In this document: positions 8,683 to 17,782 of the stretch, piece by piece
Numbering within the stretch: position 1 is the first letter of the stretch
Layout of the letters: each line of letters begins with the position of its first letter
Origin: an uncultured Gammaproteobacteria bacterium
GTDB taxonomy: Bacteria; Patescibacteriota; Patescibacteriia; Patescibacteriales; UBA12465
Length of the DNA stretch: 50,863 nucleotides
Direction: 5' to 3'
NCBI GenBank assembly: GCA_964435515.1
Contig: CAYSZD010000006.1
Span: forward strand, 1-50,863
Program-made: the position numbers and the translations under genes
Notes under the pieces: model-generated
Databases searched by the model: none
What the model was told of the DNA's origin: nothing
What the model saw: the letters and a program-made list of their open reading frames with translations, nothing else

Positions 8683-9006
8683 TTATTTTTCTTTTCTTGA
8701 AGCCTGCTTAGACTTTTTATTATCATCTTCTTGTTTATTATCTTTTCTATTTTCAGCAAATTCAATCCCCTTTTTAATCAGATTACTAATTAAAAGCAGG
8801 TAAGAAGCGCTACTAGAAATTTTATCTCTAATCAAATCTATTAATGACTCTGCTTTTTCTACTCCTTTCTCTACTCGCTTAATTAACCTAAAGGTACGAC
8901 GAGCACTCGAAATAACATAAAATAACGCCCAACATAGAAAAAATACTAAAACCGCAATAGAAATAGCTGCTACTAAATTTAATAAATCTCTTGAGCTTTC
9001 CAACAT
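8683..9006 (-). CDS. Hypothetical single-TM membrane protein with coiled-coil tail
   Basis: 107-aa ORF with N-terminal hydrophobic helix, downstream of pheT. Confidence 0.8.
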   Translation of the reverse strand: MLESSRDLLNLVAAISIAVLVFFLCWALFYVISSARRTFRLIKRVEKGVEKAESLIDLIRDKISSSASYLLLISNLIKKGIEFAENRKDNKQEDDNKKSKQASRKEK

Positions 9007-9060
9007 AAATTTATTATTGTTATAACAGCAGATTCCTCCTCCTGTTTAACAAAATGATTA

Positions 9061-11487
9061 TTAAAAACTTCTTATTTTTGCCTCAAACTTATTTTGCAAA
9101 TGATTAATTAACTCTTGCTGTACACGGTCTACCTCTTCTGAAGTTAAGGTTTGAGAAAGATCTTGATAAGTAAGGTGAAAAGCCCAGCTTTTTAAATTAT
9201 CACCCAATCCGTTTCCTTGATATACATCAAACAACTCCACTACATTTAACAAAGGATTAAAATTAATCATCTCCTTCCAAAAATCATTATATAATATTTT
9301 TTCATTAACCACAAAGGCTAAATCTCTAGTAACTGGTGGGTATTTTGGTACAGGCTCATACAAAGCAACTGAAGACGATAATAAAAGGTTTAATATATCT
9401 TGAAAATTAAGCTCTGCTACCACTGTTTTTATTTTTAAACCTAAACTATTTGCTACTTTTTGATCTACCTGGGCTAAAAATCCAATTTCTTTACCATCCC
9501 AAATAACATTTAAAGAAGTATTATTATCAGCCCAATTTAAATCATCCTCAACCGGTACAAATTCTAACAAATAATTAGGTGCTAAATTTTTTAACAATAA
9601 TTGTAATATACCTTTTAATCGACTAAAAGCTTTATCGGCTTCATTGTTGGCTACCAGCAAAGCTAAACGCTTACCTTGATAAGGTAAAACGTCTTCCGGC
9701 TTTAAAGCATTTTTTGCATATATACCTGGAATAGGTAAAAAAACACGTCCTAATTCAAATAAAGAAAAGTGATTAAAATTAGACTGATTTAAACGAGCAT
9801 TAGAAATAAGACCAACTAAAAGATTTTGCCTTAAAAATTGATGATTATTATTTAATGGATTAAGTAAGCGTAAATAATGGCTACTACTTAAATTTAATTT
9901 TGATAAAAGATGCTCTCCAACAAAAGAATAATTATAAACTTCATTCATAGCCGCCGCTCCACTAAGAATATCCTGAATTTTTTTTTCTAACTTATTTTCT
10001 TCTAACTTTGGTCTAAAATGCATTTCTATCAAAGGTGAGCTAGAAACAATTTTATTATAACCAACAATTCTGGCCACCTCTTCTAAAATGTCCTCTGGTA
10101 AACTAACGTCTTTGACTGCACGCCAACTTGGAATAAGTATATTAAATATATTTTTCTCTACCAATACTTGAAAACCTAACCTTTCTAAAATATTAATCAC
10201 CTCTTTGCGACTAATATCGTATCCTAATTTCTTTTTGAGCCAAGAAAAATCAAGCAAAACTCTTTTTTCAGCAGGCACTTCAGGAAAAATATCAATTGGT
10301 TCTCCAGCTAGTTCAGCTTCAGGAATAATTTGTTTTATTAACTGCCAAGCTCTTTGCCAAGCAATAGTTGGTAATTGTGGATCTAAAGATTTTTCGAAAC
10401 GAACAGAAGCATCAGTACGTAAATTTAAAGCCTGAGCACTACGTCTAACAGAAACTGCATCAAAGGTGGCCGCTTCTAAAATAATACTAGTAGTATTTTC
10501 ATTAATTGAACTTTTTGAAGCTCCCATTATTCCAGCAATAGCAATAGCCTCATTAGAATCGCTTATAACAATAGTGTTTTCGGGCAATAATCTTTCTTTA
10601 TTGTCTAAAGTTTCTAAACTTTCTCCTTTTTTAGACTCTCTCACAACTATTTTTTTAATACCAGTCGCATCAAAAGCATGAAGTGGCTGACCAAGTTCTA
10701 ACATTACATAATTAGTAATATCAACCAAAGCATTTATAGGCTTTAAGCCTAAAGCAGATAACCTATCTTTTAACCATTGAGGGGACTCAACAGCTTTTAC
10801 ATTATTAATTTTTAAAGCTAAATAACGTGAACAAATATTTTTGCCCTCTATTTTAACACTAATTTTTTCAGAATTTTTTATTTCAAGTAAATCATCACTA
10901 ATTTGAATCGCCGGTTTTAATGGTGTTTTTAATAACACACTCAATTCTCTAGCTAAACCATAATGACCCCAAAGATCAGCTCTATTAGAAAGTGACTTAT
11001 TATCTATTTCTAAAATAATATCATTTAAAGCCAAATAATCAGCAAAATCTTGTCCTGTTTTAGCCTTCTCGGACAAAACCATAATACCTTCATGATTATT
11101 ACCTAAACCTAATTCATCTTCAGCACAAATCATACCATATGATTTTTCTCCTCTAATCTCTGATTCTTTAATTTCTAAACCATTACTTAACTTAGCGCCA
11201 ATTAAAGCAACTGCTACTTTTTGCCCTTTAGCTAAATTTGTCGCCCCACAAACAATATCTAAAATTTCTTTTCCTATATCAACTTTTGCCAAACGCAAAC
11301 GATCAGCATTAGGATGCGGACTAACTGAAATTACCTTAGCTACCACCACTTGATTAAAATCATCTTTTTGTAAACGCCAAGATTCAACCTCTACTGTGTG
11401 CAAGGTTAATAATTCCGATATTTCAGCTGCTCCTAATTTATTAGGAACTTTAATAAAATCTTTTAAACAATTAAGAGAAAGATACAT
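9061..11487 (-). CDS. pheT: Phenylalanine--tRNA ligase beta subunit
   Basis: HPNADRL, IVCGA, NRADLWGHYGLARE, DITNYVMLELGQPLHAFD, EEVARIVGY, C-terminal FDX-ACB domain (PPVTRDLAF). Confidence 0.97.
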   Translation of the reverse strand: MYLSLNCLKDFIKVPNKLGAAEISELLTLHTVEVESWRLQKDDFNQVVVAKVISVSPHPNADRLRLAKVDIGKEILDIVCGATNLAKGQKVAVALIGAKLSNGLEIKESEIRGEKSYGMICAEDELGLGNNHEGIMVLSEKAKTGQDFADYLALNDIILEIDNKSLSNRADLWGHYGLARELSVLLKTPLKPAIQISDDLLEIKNSEKISVKIEGKNICSRYLALKINNVKAVESPQWLKDRLSALGLKPINALVDITNYVMLELGQPLHAFDATGIKKIVVRESKKGESLETLDNKERLLPENTIVISDSNEAIAIAGIMGASKSSINENTTSIILEAATFDAVSVRRSAQALNLRTDASVRFEKSLDPQLPTIAWQRAWQLIKQIIPEAELAGEPIDIFPEVPAEKRVLLDFSWLKKKLGYDISRKEVINILERLGFQVLVEKNIFNILIPSWRAVKDVSLPEDILEEVARIVGYNKIVSSSPLIEMHFRPKLEENKLEKKIQDILSGAAAMNEVYNYSFVGEHLLSKLNLSSSHYLRLLNPLNNNHQFLRQNLLVGLISNARLNQSNFNHFSLFELGRVFLPIPGIYAKNALKPEDVLPYQGKRLALLVANNEADKAFSRLKGILQLLLKNLAPNYLLEFVPVEDDLNWADNNTSLNVIWDGKEIGFLAQVDQKVANSLGLKIKTVVAELNFQDILNLLLSSSVALYEPVPKYPPVTRDLAFVVNEKILYNDFWKEMINFNPLLNVVELFDVYQGNGLGDNLKSWAFHLTYQDLSQTLTSEEVDRVQQELINHLQNKFEAKIRSF

Positions 11488-11495
11488 AAATTATT

Positions 11496-12524
11496 TTAAA
11501 ATTGTTTTAGAAAACGCAAATCGCCACTATTAAATAGCCTAATATCATTAATATTATATTTAAGCATTACTAAGCGATCTAAACCAAAACCAAAAGCAAA
11601 GCCAGAATAAATTTCTGGATCTAATCCACCTGCTCGCATAACATTAGGATGAATTAAACCACAACCAAGTATTTCTAACCAACCAGAATATTTACATACT
11701 CGACAACCCTTGCCTTGACATAAAAAACAAGTATATTCCCCATTAGAACCCGGCTCAACAAAAGGATAAAACTTAGGTCGCATACGTATTTTAGTCTCAG
11801 GTCCATAAAGTTTTTTACCAACTTGTTCTAAAACACTTTTTAAATGAGTGAAATTAATATTTTTACCAATCATCACGCCTTCCAGTTGATAGAAAGTATG
11901 TTCATGTCTAGCATCAGTAGACTCACAACGAAATACTCTTCCGGGCATAATAGCCCGTAAAGGAGCTCCATATTTTTGCATTGCTCTTACTTGTGTATTT
12001 GATGTTTGAGTACGCATGGTTAAATTATTACCATCGTCTTTATTTTTATAATCAACATAAAAAGTATCCTGCATGTCTCTAGCTGGATGATTAGCTGGAA
12101 CATTTAAAGCTTCAAAATTATAATACTCACTTTCAAGTTCTGGTCCATCAAGAATTATAAATCCTAAAGCACTAAAAAATTCCTCCAATTCCCTTTGAAC
12201 CTGAGTAATAGGATGCAGTGAACCAGATTCTATTTTATCTCCAGGCAAGCTAGGATCAAATACTTCAGCTTTTGTATCTGAATCCTCCAGGCTCAATCTA
12301 AGTTCATTAAATTTATCGTATAATTCTTTTTTAACAGCATTAGCAGCTTCACCTGTCTCCTTTCGTAATTCCACGCTTAATTCTTTTAACTCACCTAAAA
12401 GCTTACTTAACTCACCTTTACGAGATAAATAACGAAGCTCTAGTTCTCTTAAACTACTTAAATCGCGTACCTGATTTAAAGCCTCTAAGAACTCTTCTTT
12501 TAATTTTTGTAATTTTATTTTCAT
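11496..12524 (-). CDS. pheS: Phenylalanine--tRNA ligase alpha subunit
   Basis: HPARDMQDTFY, RTQTS, GRVFR, FYPFVEP, LEILGCG, GFAFGFGLDR. Confidence 0.98.
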   Translation of the reverse strand: MKIKLQKLKEEFLEALNQVRDLSSLRELELRYLSRKGELSKLLGELKELSVELRKETGEAANAVKKELYDKFNELRLSLEDSDTKAEVFDPSLPGDKIESGSLHPITQVQRELEEFFSALGFIILDGPELESEYYNFEALNVPANHPARDMQDTFYVDYKNKDDGNNLTMRTQTSNTQVRAMQKYGAPLRAIMPGRVFRCESTDARHEHTFYQLEGVMIGKNINFTHLKSVLEQVGKKLYGPETKIRMRPKFYPFVEPGSNGEYTCFLCQGKGCRVCKYSGWLEILGCGLIHPNVMRAGGLDPEIYSGFAFGFGLDRLVMLKYNINDIRLFNSGDLRFLKQF

Positions 12525-12541
12525 AATTTTAACCCTACTGT

Positions 12542-12922
12542 CTATTTTCCTTTTTTATAGCTAGAAATAAAAAGTTCTAAAACAATAAAAATAATTAATA
12601 GCAAAATAACATTAAGCCAAGTAAATAAATCCGACGCTAAAAGAAATAAAGAAATCACAATGAATAAAGCAAATAAAAATGATTGACGAAAAGCATTTCT
12701 AACAGATTGAAACACTAATGATTTACGTAAAGCAACAAAACGAAAAACAAAACCTGCTAAAGCAGCTGTTCCTGAAAGAGAAAGAAATAAAGAAAAATAA
12801 AATAAGCCAAAACCTAAATAATTAGTAGTTGCAGGATTAATCACATTAAGCATTAAAGCAAAAATAGCCCAACACATAATAGTTAATACACTCATTACAA
12901 TTAAATAATTCTTTAAAGTCAT
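12542..12922 (-). CDS. Hypothetical 4-TM membrane protein
   Basis: 126-aa hydrophobic ORF tightly packed between valS and pheS. Confidence 0.85.
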   Translation of the reverse strand: MTLKNYLIVMSVLTIMCWAIFALMLNVINPATTNYLGFGLFYFSLFLSLSGTAALAGFVFRFVALRKSLVFQSVRNAFRQSFLFALFIVISLFLLASDLFTWLNVILLLIIFIVLELFISSYKKGK

Positions 12923-12928
12923 ATTATT

Positions 12929-15568
12929 TTAAATCTTTATTTCTAAGGCTTGATTAATTTTTTCTAACTCTAATTCATAGCGATTAAATTTTTCTCTCTC
13001 TGCCTTAATAACTTGCACAGGAGCTTTTTCGCTAAATTCTTTATTATCCAAACGATTTTTCACCCCAGCAATTAATTTAATAAGCTGTTCTTTTTCTTTT
13101 AGTAATCGAGCTTTTTCTTTTTCAGGATCAATAGCACCAAGTAAATATATTTCTGTAGTCCCTAAAACAATTTTTATTGTATCACCTTCTGGGGCTATTT
13201 TACTAACACTTATTTCCTCAATCCCTGTCTTTAATCTACTTATTAGAGAGGCTTGTAACATTAAAATGTCTGCCTTTTCTCCAATAACAATAGCTTTCAC
13301 TTTTTTACTTGGTTCAATCTTATTCTGACTACGAGCATTACGAATTGCAATAATTGCTTCTTGTATAAAAATAAAATCAGAGCTTAGGGATGAATTATCA
13401 TCCTTTTTATTCACCTCATTTTTATCAACTGGCCAGGAACTTATCATTAATAAATCATCATTAAAACTCTGCCAAATAGCTTCAGTAACAAAAGGAATAA
13501 AAGGGTGCCACATTATTAATATATTTTTTAATAAATAAATTAATAACTCATCTTTGCCTTTCTCTATTTTAGCAATTTCTAAATACCAATCAGCTAATTT
13601 ATTCCAAGTAAAATCATACAAGGCTTCAGCGGCAACTGAGAACTCCGACTGGTCTAAAAAGCTTGTAACCATCTTTTTTAATTTATCAATTTCATTAATA
13701 ATCCATTTATCTGAAAGGGAAACTGTTGTCGGTATTAATTCTACTCCCGTATTAAGTTTATTGCCATCTACGCTACTTAAAATAAAACGAGAAATATTCC
13801 ACAACTTATTAATAAAATTTCTTTTAGCTGCAATTTTATCCTCACTATAACGAGCGTCATTGCCAGGAGTAGCCCCCATAAGCAATGACAAACGTACGGC
13901 ATCGGCCCCATATTTATCTATTACTTCTAATGGATCAACACCATTACCTTTTGATTTTGACATTTTTTTCCCTTTTTCATCTAAAATAGTTCCGTGTAAA
14001 TAAACTAAGGAAAAAGGTTTTTCTCCTAAAGCAAAAAGGGACATCATAACCATTCGAGATACCCATAAAGTTAATATTTCATAACCAGTTTCTAAAGTTT
14101 GCGTAGGATGAAAACGAGCTAAATCTCCTTTCTTAATACCACCGATATAATTATCTGGCCAACCTAAAGTAGAAAAACTCCACATACCAGAAGAAAACCA
14201 AGTATCCAAAGTATCTTCATCTTTTATCCAGCCATCTCCCTCAGGCTCATCTTCGGAGACATAAATTTCATCGCCCCGATACCAAGCAGGAATACTGTGA
14301 CCAAACCATATTTGTCTAGAAATACACCAATCATGTAAGTTTTCCATCCAATCTTGATAACGTTTAGCAAATCGAACTGGTAAAAATTTAATTTCTTCTG
14401 TTTTTGCCAATTCTAGTGCCGCTTGTTTCATAGATTTGCCTCCTAGCCTTACTAAAGGTTCATCAACAGCTACAAACCATTGACGTGATGGAAGTGGCTC
14501 AATGGGCGTATCACAACGATAACAACAAGAAAGATTGTTAAGCATCTCTTCTTCTTTAATCATTAAGCCTTTGGCTCTTAAATCATCTATTATTTGAGTA
14601 CGTGCCTCTAGTACTGATAAGCCTGAATATTTACCAAAACCACTTAATATATTTGCACCCTCATCAATAACTTTTTTCTTCTCTAAATTATTTAATTCAG
14701 CCATTTGCCAATCAACTGCTGAATGAGCCGGTGTAACACCTAAAGCGCCTGTACCGAAATTCTGATCAACATTATAATCAGCAATCACTTTTAATTTTAA
14801 TTTCTGTCCACAAAAATCAATTTTATAGGTTTTTCCTATCTCTTTTTGATATCTTTTATCTTTAGGATTAACCGCTATAGCAGTATCTCCTAATTTAGTT
14901 TCTGGACGAGTAGTAGAAATAATAATGGGACAATCTTGACTATAACGAAAAGTATAAAGCGTAGTTTTTTGCTCTTTATACTCAACCTCATCATCCGCTA
15001 AAGTTGAATGACAACGAGGGCACCAATTAACCAATCTTTCACCCCGATAAATAACCCCAGCCTCATACATATCAATAAACATTCTTTGAACTGCTCTTTT
15101 ACGTTGATTATCAAGAGTAAAGGATAGTCTGGACCAATCTAAAGAAGCCCCCATTTTGCGAGTTTGTTTTAAAATAGTGGCCTGAGTTAAGTCCACAAAA
15201 TTATTAACCTCTTGTAAAAACTTCTCTTTACCTAAATCATGTCTAGATTTACCACTTTCTGCCAATAGTTTCTTTTCAACTATATTCTGGGTAGCAATAG
15301 CAGCGTGATCAGTACCAGGAAGCCATAGAGTTAAATAGCCACGTTGACGATGATAGCGCACCATTAAATCCTCAATAGCTAACATTGCGCTATGCCCTAA
15401 ATGTAATTTTGCCGTAATATTAGGCGGCGGAAGAATAACAGTATAGCTAGGAGTTGAGTCGGGCAATTTTAAATTATCAGGATTAAAAAAACCCGATTCT
15501 TCCCATTTATGATAAATAGCATCTTCATTAGAAGAAGGGCTATATATTTTATCTAATTCTTGTTTCAT
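12929..15568 (-). CDS. valS: Valine--tRNA ligase (start set at MKQELD rather than at 15604)
   Basis: PPPNITAKLHLGH, PGTDHAAIATQ, DWCISRQIWFGH, DTWFSS, KMSKS, C-terminal coiled coil. Confidence 0.97.
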   Translation of the reverse strand: MKQELDKIYSPSSNEDAIYHKWEESGFFNPDNLKLPDSTPSYTVILPPPNITAKLHLGHSAMLAIEDLMVRYHRQRGYLTLWLPGTDHAAIATQNIVEKKLLAESGKSRHDLGKEKFLQEVNNFVDLTQATILKQTRKMGASLDWSRLSFTLDNQRKRAVQRMFIDMYEAGVIYRGERLVNWCPRCHSTLADDEVEYKEQKTTLYTFRYSQDCPIIISTTRPETKLGDTAIAVNPKDKRYQKEIGKTYKIDFCGQKLKLKVIADYNVDQNFGTGALGVTPAHSAVDWQMAELNNLEKKKVIDEGANILSGFGKYSGLSVLEARTQIIDDLRAKGLMIKEEEMLNNLSCCYRCDTPIEPLPSRQWFVAVDEPLVRLGGKSMKQAALELAKTEEIKFLPVRFAKRYQDWMENLHDWCISRQIWFGHSIPAWYRGDEIYVSEDEPEGDGWIKDEDTLDTWFSSGMWSFSTLGWPDNYIGGIKKGDLARFHPTQTLETGYEILTLWVSRMVMMSLFALGEKPFSLVYLHGTILDEKGKKMSKSKGNGVDPLEVIDKYGADAVRLSLLMGATPGNDARYSEDKIAAKRNFINKLWNISRFILSSVDGNKLNTGVELIPTTVSLSDKWIINEIDKLKKMVTSFLDQSEFSVAAEALYDFTWNKLADWYLEIAKIEKGKDELLIYLLKNILIMWHPFIPFVTEAIWQSFNDDLLMISSWPVDKNEVNKKDDNSSLSSDFIFIQEAIIAIRNARSQNKIEPSKKVKAIVIGEKADILMLQASLISRLKTGIEEISVSKIAPEGDTIKIVLGTTEIYLLGAIDPEKEKARLLKEKEQLIKLIAGVKNRLDNKEFSEKAPVQVIKAEREKFNRYELELEKINQALEIKI

Positions 15569-15679
15569 ACCTTTTAAATTAACAAAAATAAGGCTATACG
15601 TCAACTATAAATTAGCTTGACTCTAGCTAAAAATCATTATATATTAAATGGTTGGCTATTAATATATGACTTATAAAAA

Positions 15680-16843
15680 ATGCTCAATTTAGAAGAACAA
15701 ATTATCAACCAAATAGAGAAAGCTAAAAGCATTTTAATCGTTTTTAGTTCTAATTGGGAAGGAGACTCTATTGCTTCTTCCTTAGCTTTATATTGGTTTA
15801 TAAAAAAGTTAGGCAAAGAAGTGGCTGTAGCCTCTTATGACAAAGAAAACAATCAACAAGGAAAAGAAAAGAGTGTTTGGAACTTTTTACCTGGCTATAA
15901 TAATATCAAAAATAGTTTAAATAATCTAAGAAAATTTATTGTTTCAGTTAATATAAAAAATGCAACCATTAGTCAAATTAAATATAATTTAGAAGGTGAA
16001 AATTTAAACTTTATTATTGCTCCAGAGAAAGGTTGGTTTAAGCCAGAAGATGTTCGCTCTTATTCTGGCGGCTTTAGTTATGATTTAATATTTACTATTG
16101 ACACCCCTGACTTAGAATCTCTAGAAAGAATTTATGACAACAACGTAGAATTTTTCTACAAAACACCTATTATTAATATTGACCATCAAGCTGACAACGA
16201 AGAATATGGACAAATAAACTATCTTGATTTAAATGTAGCTTCTTGCGCAGAATTAGTGTTTAGTCTTATTGAAAAATATAATCAAAACTTAATAGATGAA
16301 AGTATCGCCACCTGCTTACTAACTGGTATAATTAGCAAGACTAGAAATTATAAAAATCCCAACTTAACTCCCCGTACCCTCTTAGCTAGCTCTAAACTTA
16401 TTGGTATAGGTGCCCGTCGAGAAGAGATAGTAGAAAATTTATATCGATCTCGTTCTCTTGATTCATTAAAAGCCTGGGGAGGAATTCTTAACAAACTCAA
16501 AAATGATGAATCAAAAAAATTAGCTTGGTCAACACTAGATTGGCCAAATGATAAATTTAAAAACTATGAATCACTACATCTCGAAGAGTTAGCTGAAGAA
16601 ATTTTTAACGGTTCTCAAAACATACAAATATTTCTTATTATCATTAAAACAAGCGATGATAGTAATTTAAACTTAATCGCCTTTGCTAATAAGGGTTATT
16701 CTGCCAATACAGCTTTACAAGATTTTAACATCATTAAAAGCAATAAATATCAGGCAATCGCTGAAATAACTCCAAGTAAAAACTACGAGGAAGACATTAT
16801 TAACTTAATAAAATTGCGCCTTGATAAAAATATCAGTCAATGA
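15680..16843 (+). CDS. DHH/DHHA1-family phosphoesterase-like protein with degenerate motifs
   Basis: GDSIAS, IDTPD, INIDHQ (DHH-equivalent), ASCAELV, ATCLLTGI layout. Confidence 0.8.
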   Translation: MLNLEEQIINQIEKAKSILIVFSSNWEGDSIASSLALYWFIKKLGKEVAVASYDKENNQQGKEKSVWNFLPGYNNIKNSLNNLRKFIVSVNIKNATISQIKYNLEGENLNFIIAPEKGWFKPEDVRSYSGGFSYDLIFTIDTPDLESLERIYDNNVEFFYKTPIINIDHQADNEEYGQINYLDLNVASCAELVFSLIEKYNQNLIDESIATCLLTGIISKTRNYKNPNLTPRTLLASSKLIGIGARREEIVENLYRSRSLDSLKAWGGILNKLKNDESKKLAWSTLDWPNDKFKNYESLHLEELAEEIFNGSQNIQIFLIIIKTSDDSNLNLIAFANKGYSANTALQDFNIIKSNKYQAIAEITPSKNYEEDIINLIKLRLDKNISQ

Positions 16844-16875
16844 TATAACAAAAAAGGTAGAGTAATAATAAATTT

Positions 16876-16951
16876 GCGCCTATAGCTCAGGGGTTAGAGC
16901 ACCGCTCTTATAAAGCGGGGGTCGATGGTTCAATTCCATCTAGGCGCACCA
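16876..16951 (+). tRNA. tRNA-Ile(UAU)
   Basis: Acceptor stem GCGCCTA/TAGGCGC, discriminator A, encoded CCA; anticodon arm CCGCT-CTTATAA-AGCGG gives anticodon TAT. Confidence 0.93.
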
Positions 16952-17009
16952 ATTAAGATTCTAAGTATTAGACAATAAAATGCTTAGATTTTTTTTAAAC
17001 TAATTACTG

Positions 17010-17038
17010 TTGCCAACTTAAGCGCTATACAATATAAT
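17010..17038 (+). promoter_or_regulatory. Promoter for tRNA-Val and probably the hsp20 operon
   Basis: TTGCCA-17 nt-TATAAT, about 11 nt upstream of the tRNA. Confidence 0.7.
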
Positions 17039-17049
17039 AAAAGCATAAC

Positions 17050-17123
17050 GGGCTCGTAGCTCAGTTGGTTAGAGCGTTACGTCGACATCGTAAAGGTCGC
17101 CCGTTCGAATCGGGCCGGGCCCA
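17050..17123 (+). tRNA. tRNA-Val(GAC)
   Basis: Acceptor stem GGGCTCG/CGGGCCC, anticodon arm TTACG-TCGACAT-CGTAA, T-loop TTCGAAT. Confidence 0.96.
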
Positions 17124-17144
17124 CATTATATATATTTTAATTTT

Positions 17145-17561
17145 ATGCTTAAATTTTTTTCTGGACGTCAACAAAAACTAATAAGCTCAGAAGAAAGCTC
17201 CTCTATCAATGAATGGATAGACCAAGAGGCTCACGAAGATGGTCAATTATCAATTGACGTATATCAAACATCAAAAAAGATTGTGATTCAATCTACTATC
17301 GCTGGAGCAAAAGCAGAGGATTTAAAGATTTCCCTTCACCATGATTTATTAAGTATTCACGGCACCAGAAAACAACCACAATCACTTTCTGACGAGGATT
17401 ACTTATACCGCGAGTGCTATTGGGGACCATTCTCTAGATCAATTATTTTACCGACTGAAGTAGATAGTCATAAAATTGAGGCCCTACTAGAGAATGGCGT
17501 TCTTACTATCACTCTACAAAAAAGTAAAACGGAAGAAATATCTGTATCATCTCAAAAATAA
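17145..17561 (+). CDS. Hsp20/alpha-crystallin small heat-shock protein
   Basis: LSIDVYQT, IAGAKAEDL, YRECYWGPFSRSIILP, A.LENGVLTITL.K. Confidence 0.95.
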   Translation: MLKFFSGRQQKLISSEESSSINEWIDQEAHEDGQLSIDVYQTSKKIVIQSTIAGAKAEDLKISLHHDLLSIHGTRKQPQSLSDEDYLYRECYWGPFSRSIILPTEVDSHKIEALLENGVLTITLQKSKTEEISVSSQK

Positions 17562-17562
17562 T

Positions 17563-17769
17563 ATGCAATATAAATTAAAAGTGATTAATTTTAATGACGA
17601 TGAAGTAATACTAGAAGACGAAACTAAAAATATTATTTATTGGCCAAAAACTAAATTAAAAGAAATTCCAGAAATAGGAGAAATACTAAATTTTAATATT
17701 GGCGATGACAAGCCAAATATTAGCCCCGAGGAATTACTGAACGAATTATTAAACATAGAAAAACATTAA
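17563..17769 (+). CDS. Small protein, DUF3006-like, 68 aa (start at 17563, not 17494)
   Basis: ATG 1 nt after the hsp20 stop; F.DD.VILED....I.WPK..L....G pattern resembles DUF3006. Confidence 0.7.
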   Translation: MQYKLKVINFNDDEVILEDETKNIIYWPKTKLKEIPEIGEILNFNIGDDKPNISPEELLNELLNIEKH

Positions 17770-17782
17770 ACAATCAAACAAT

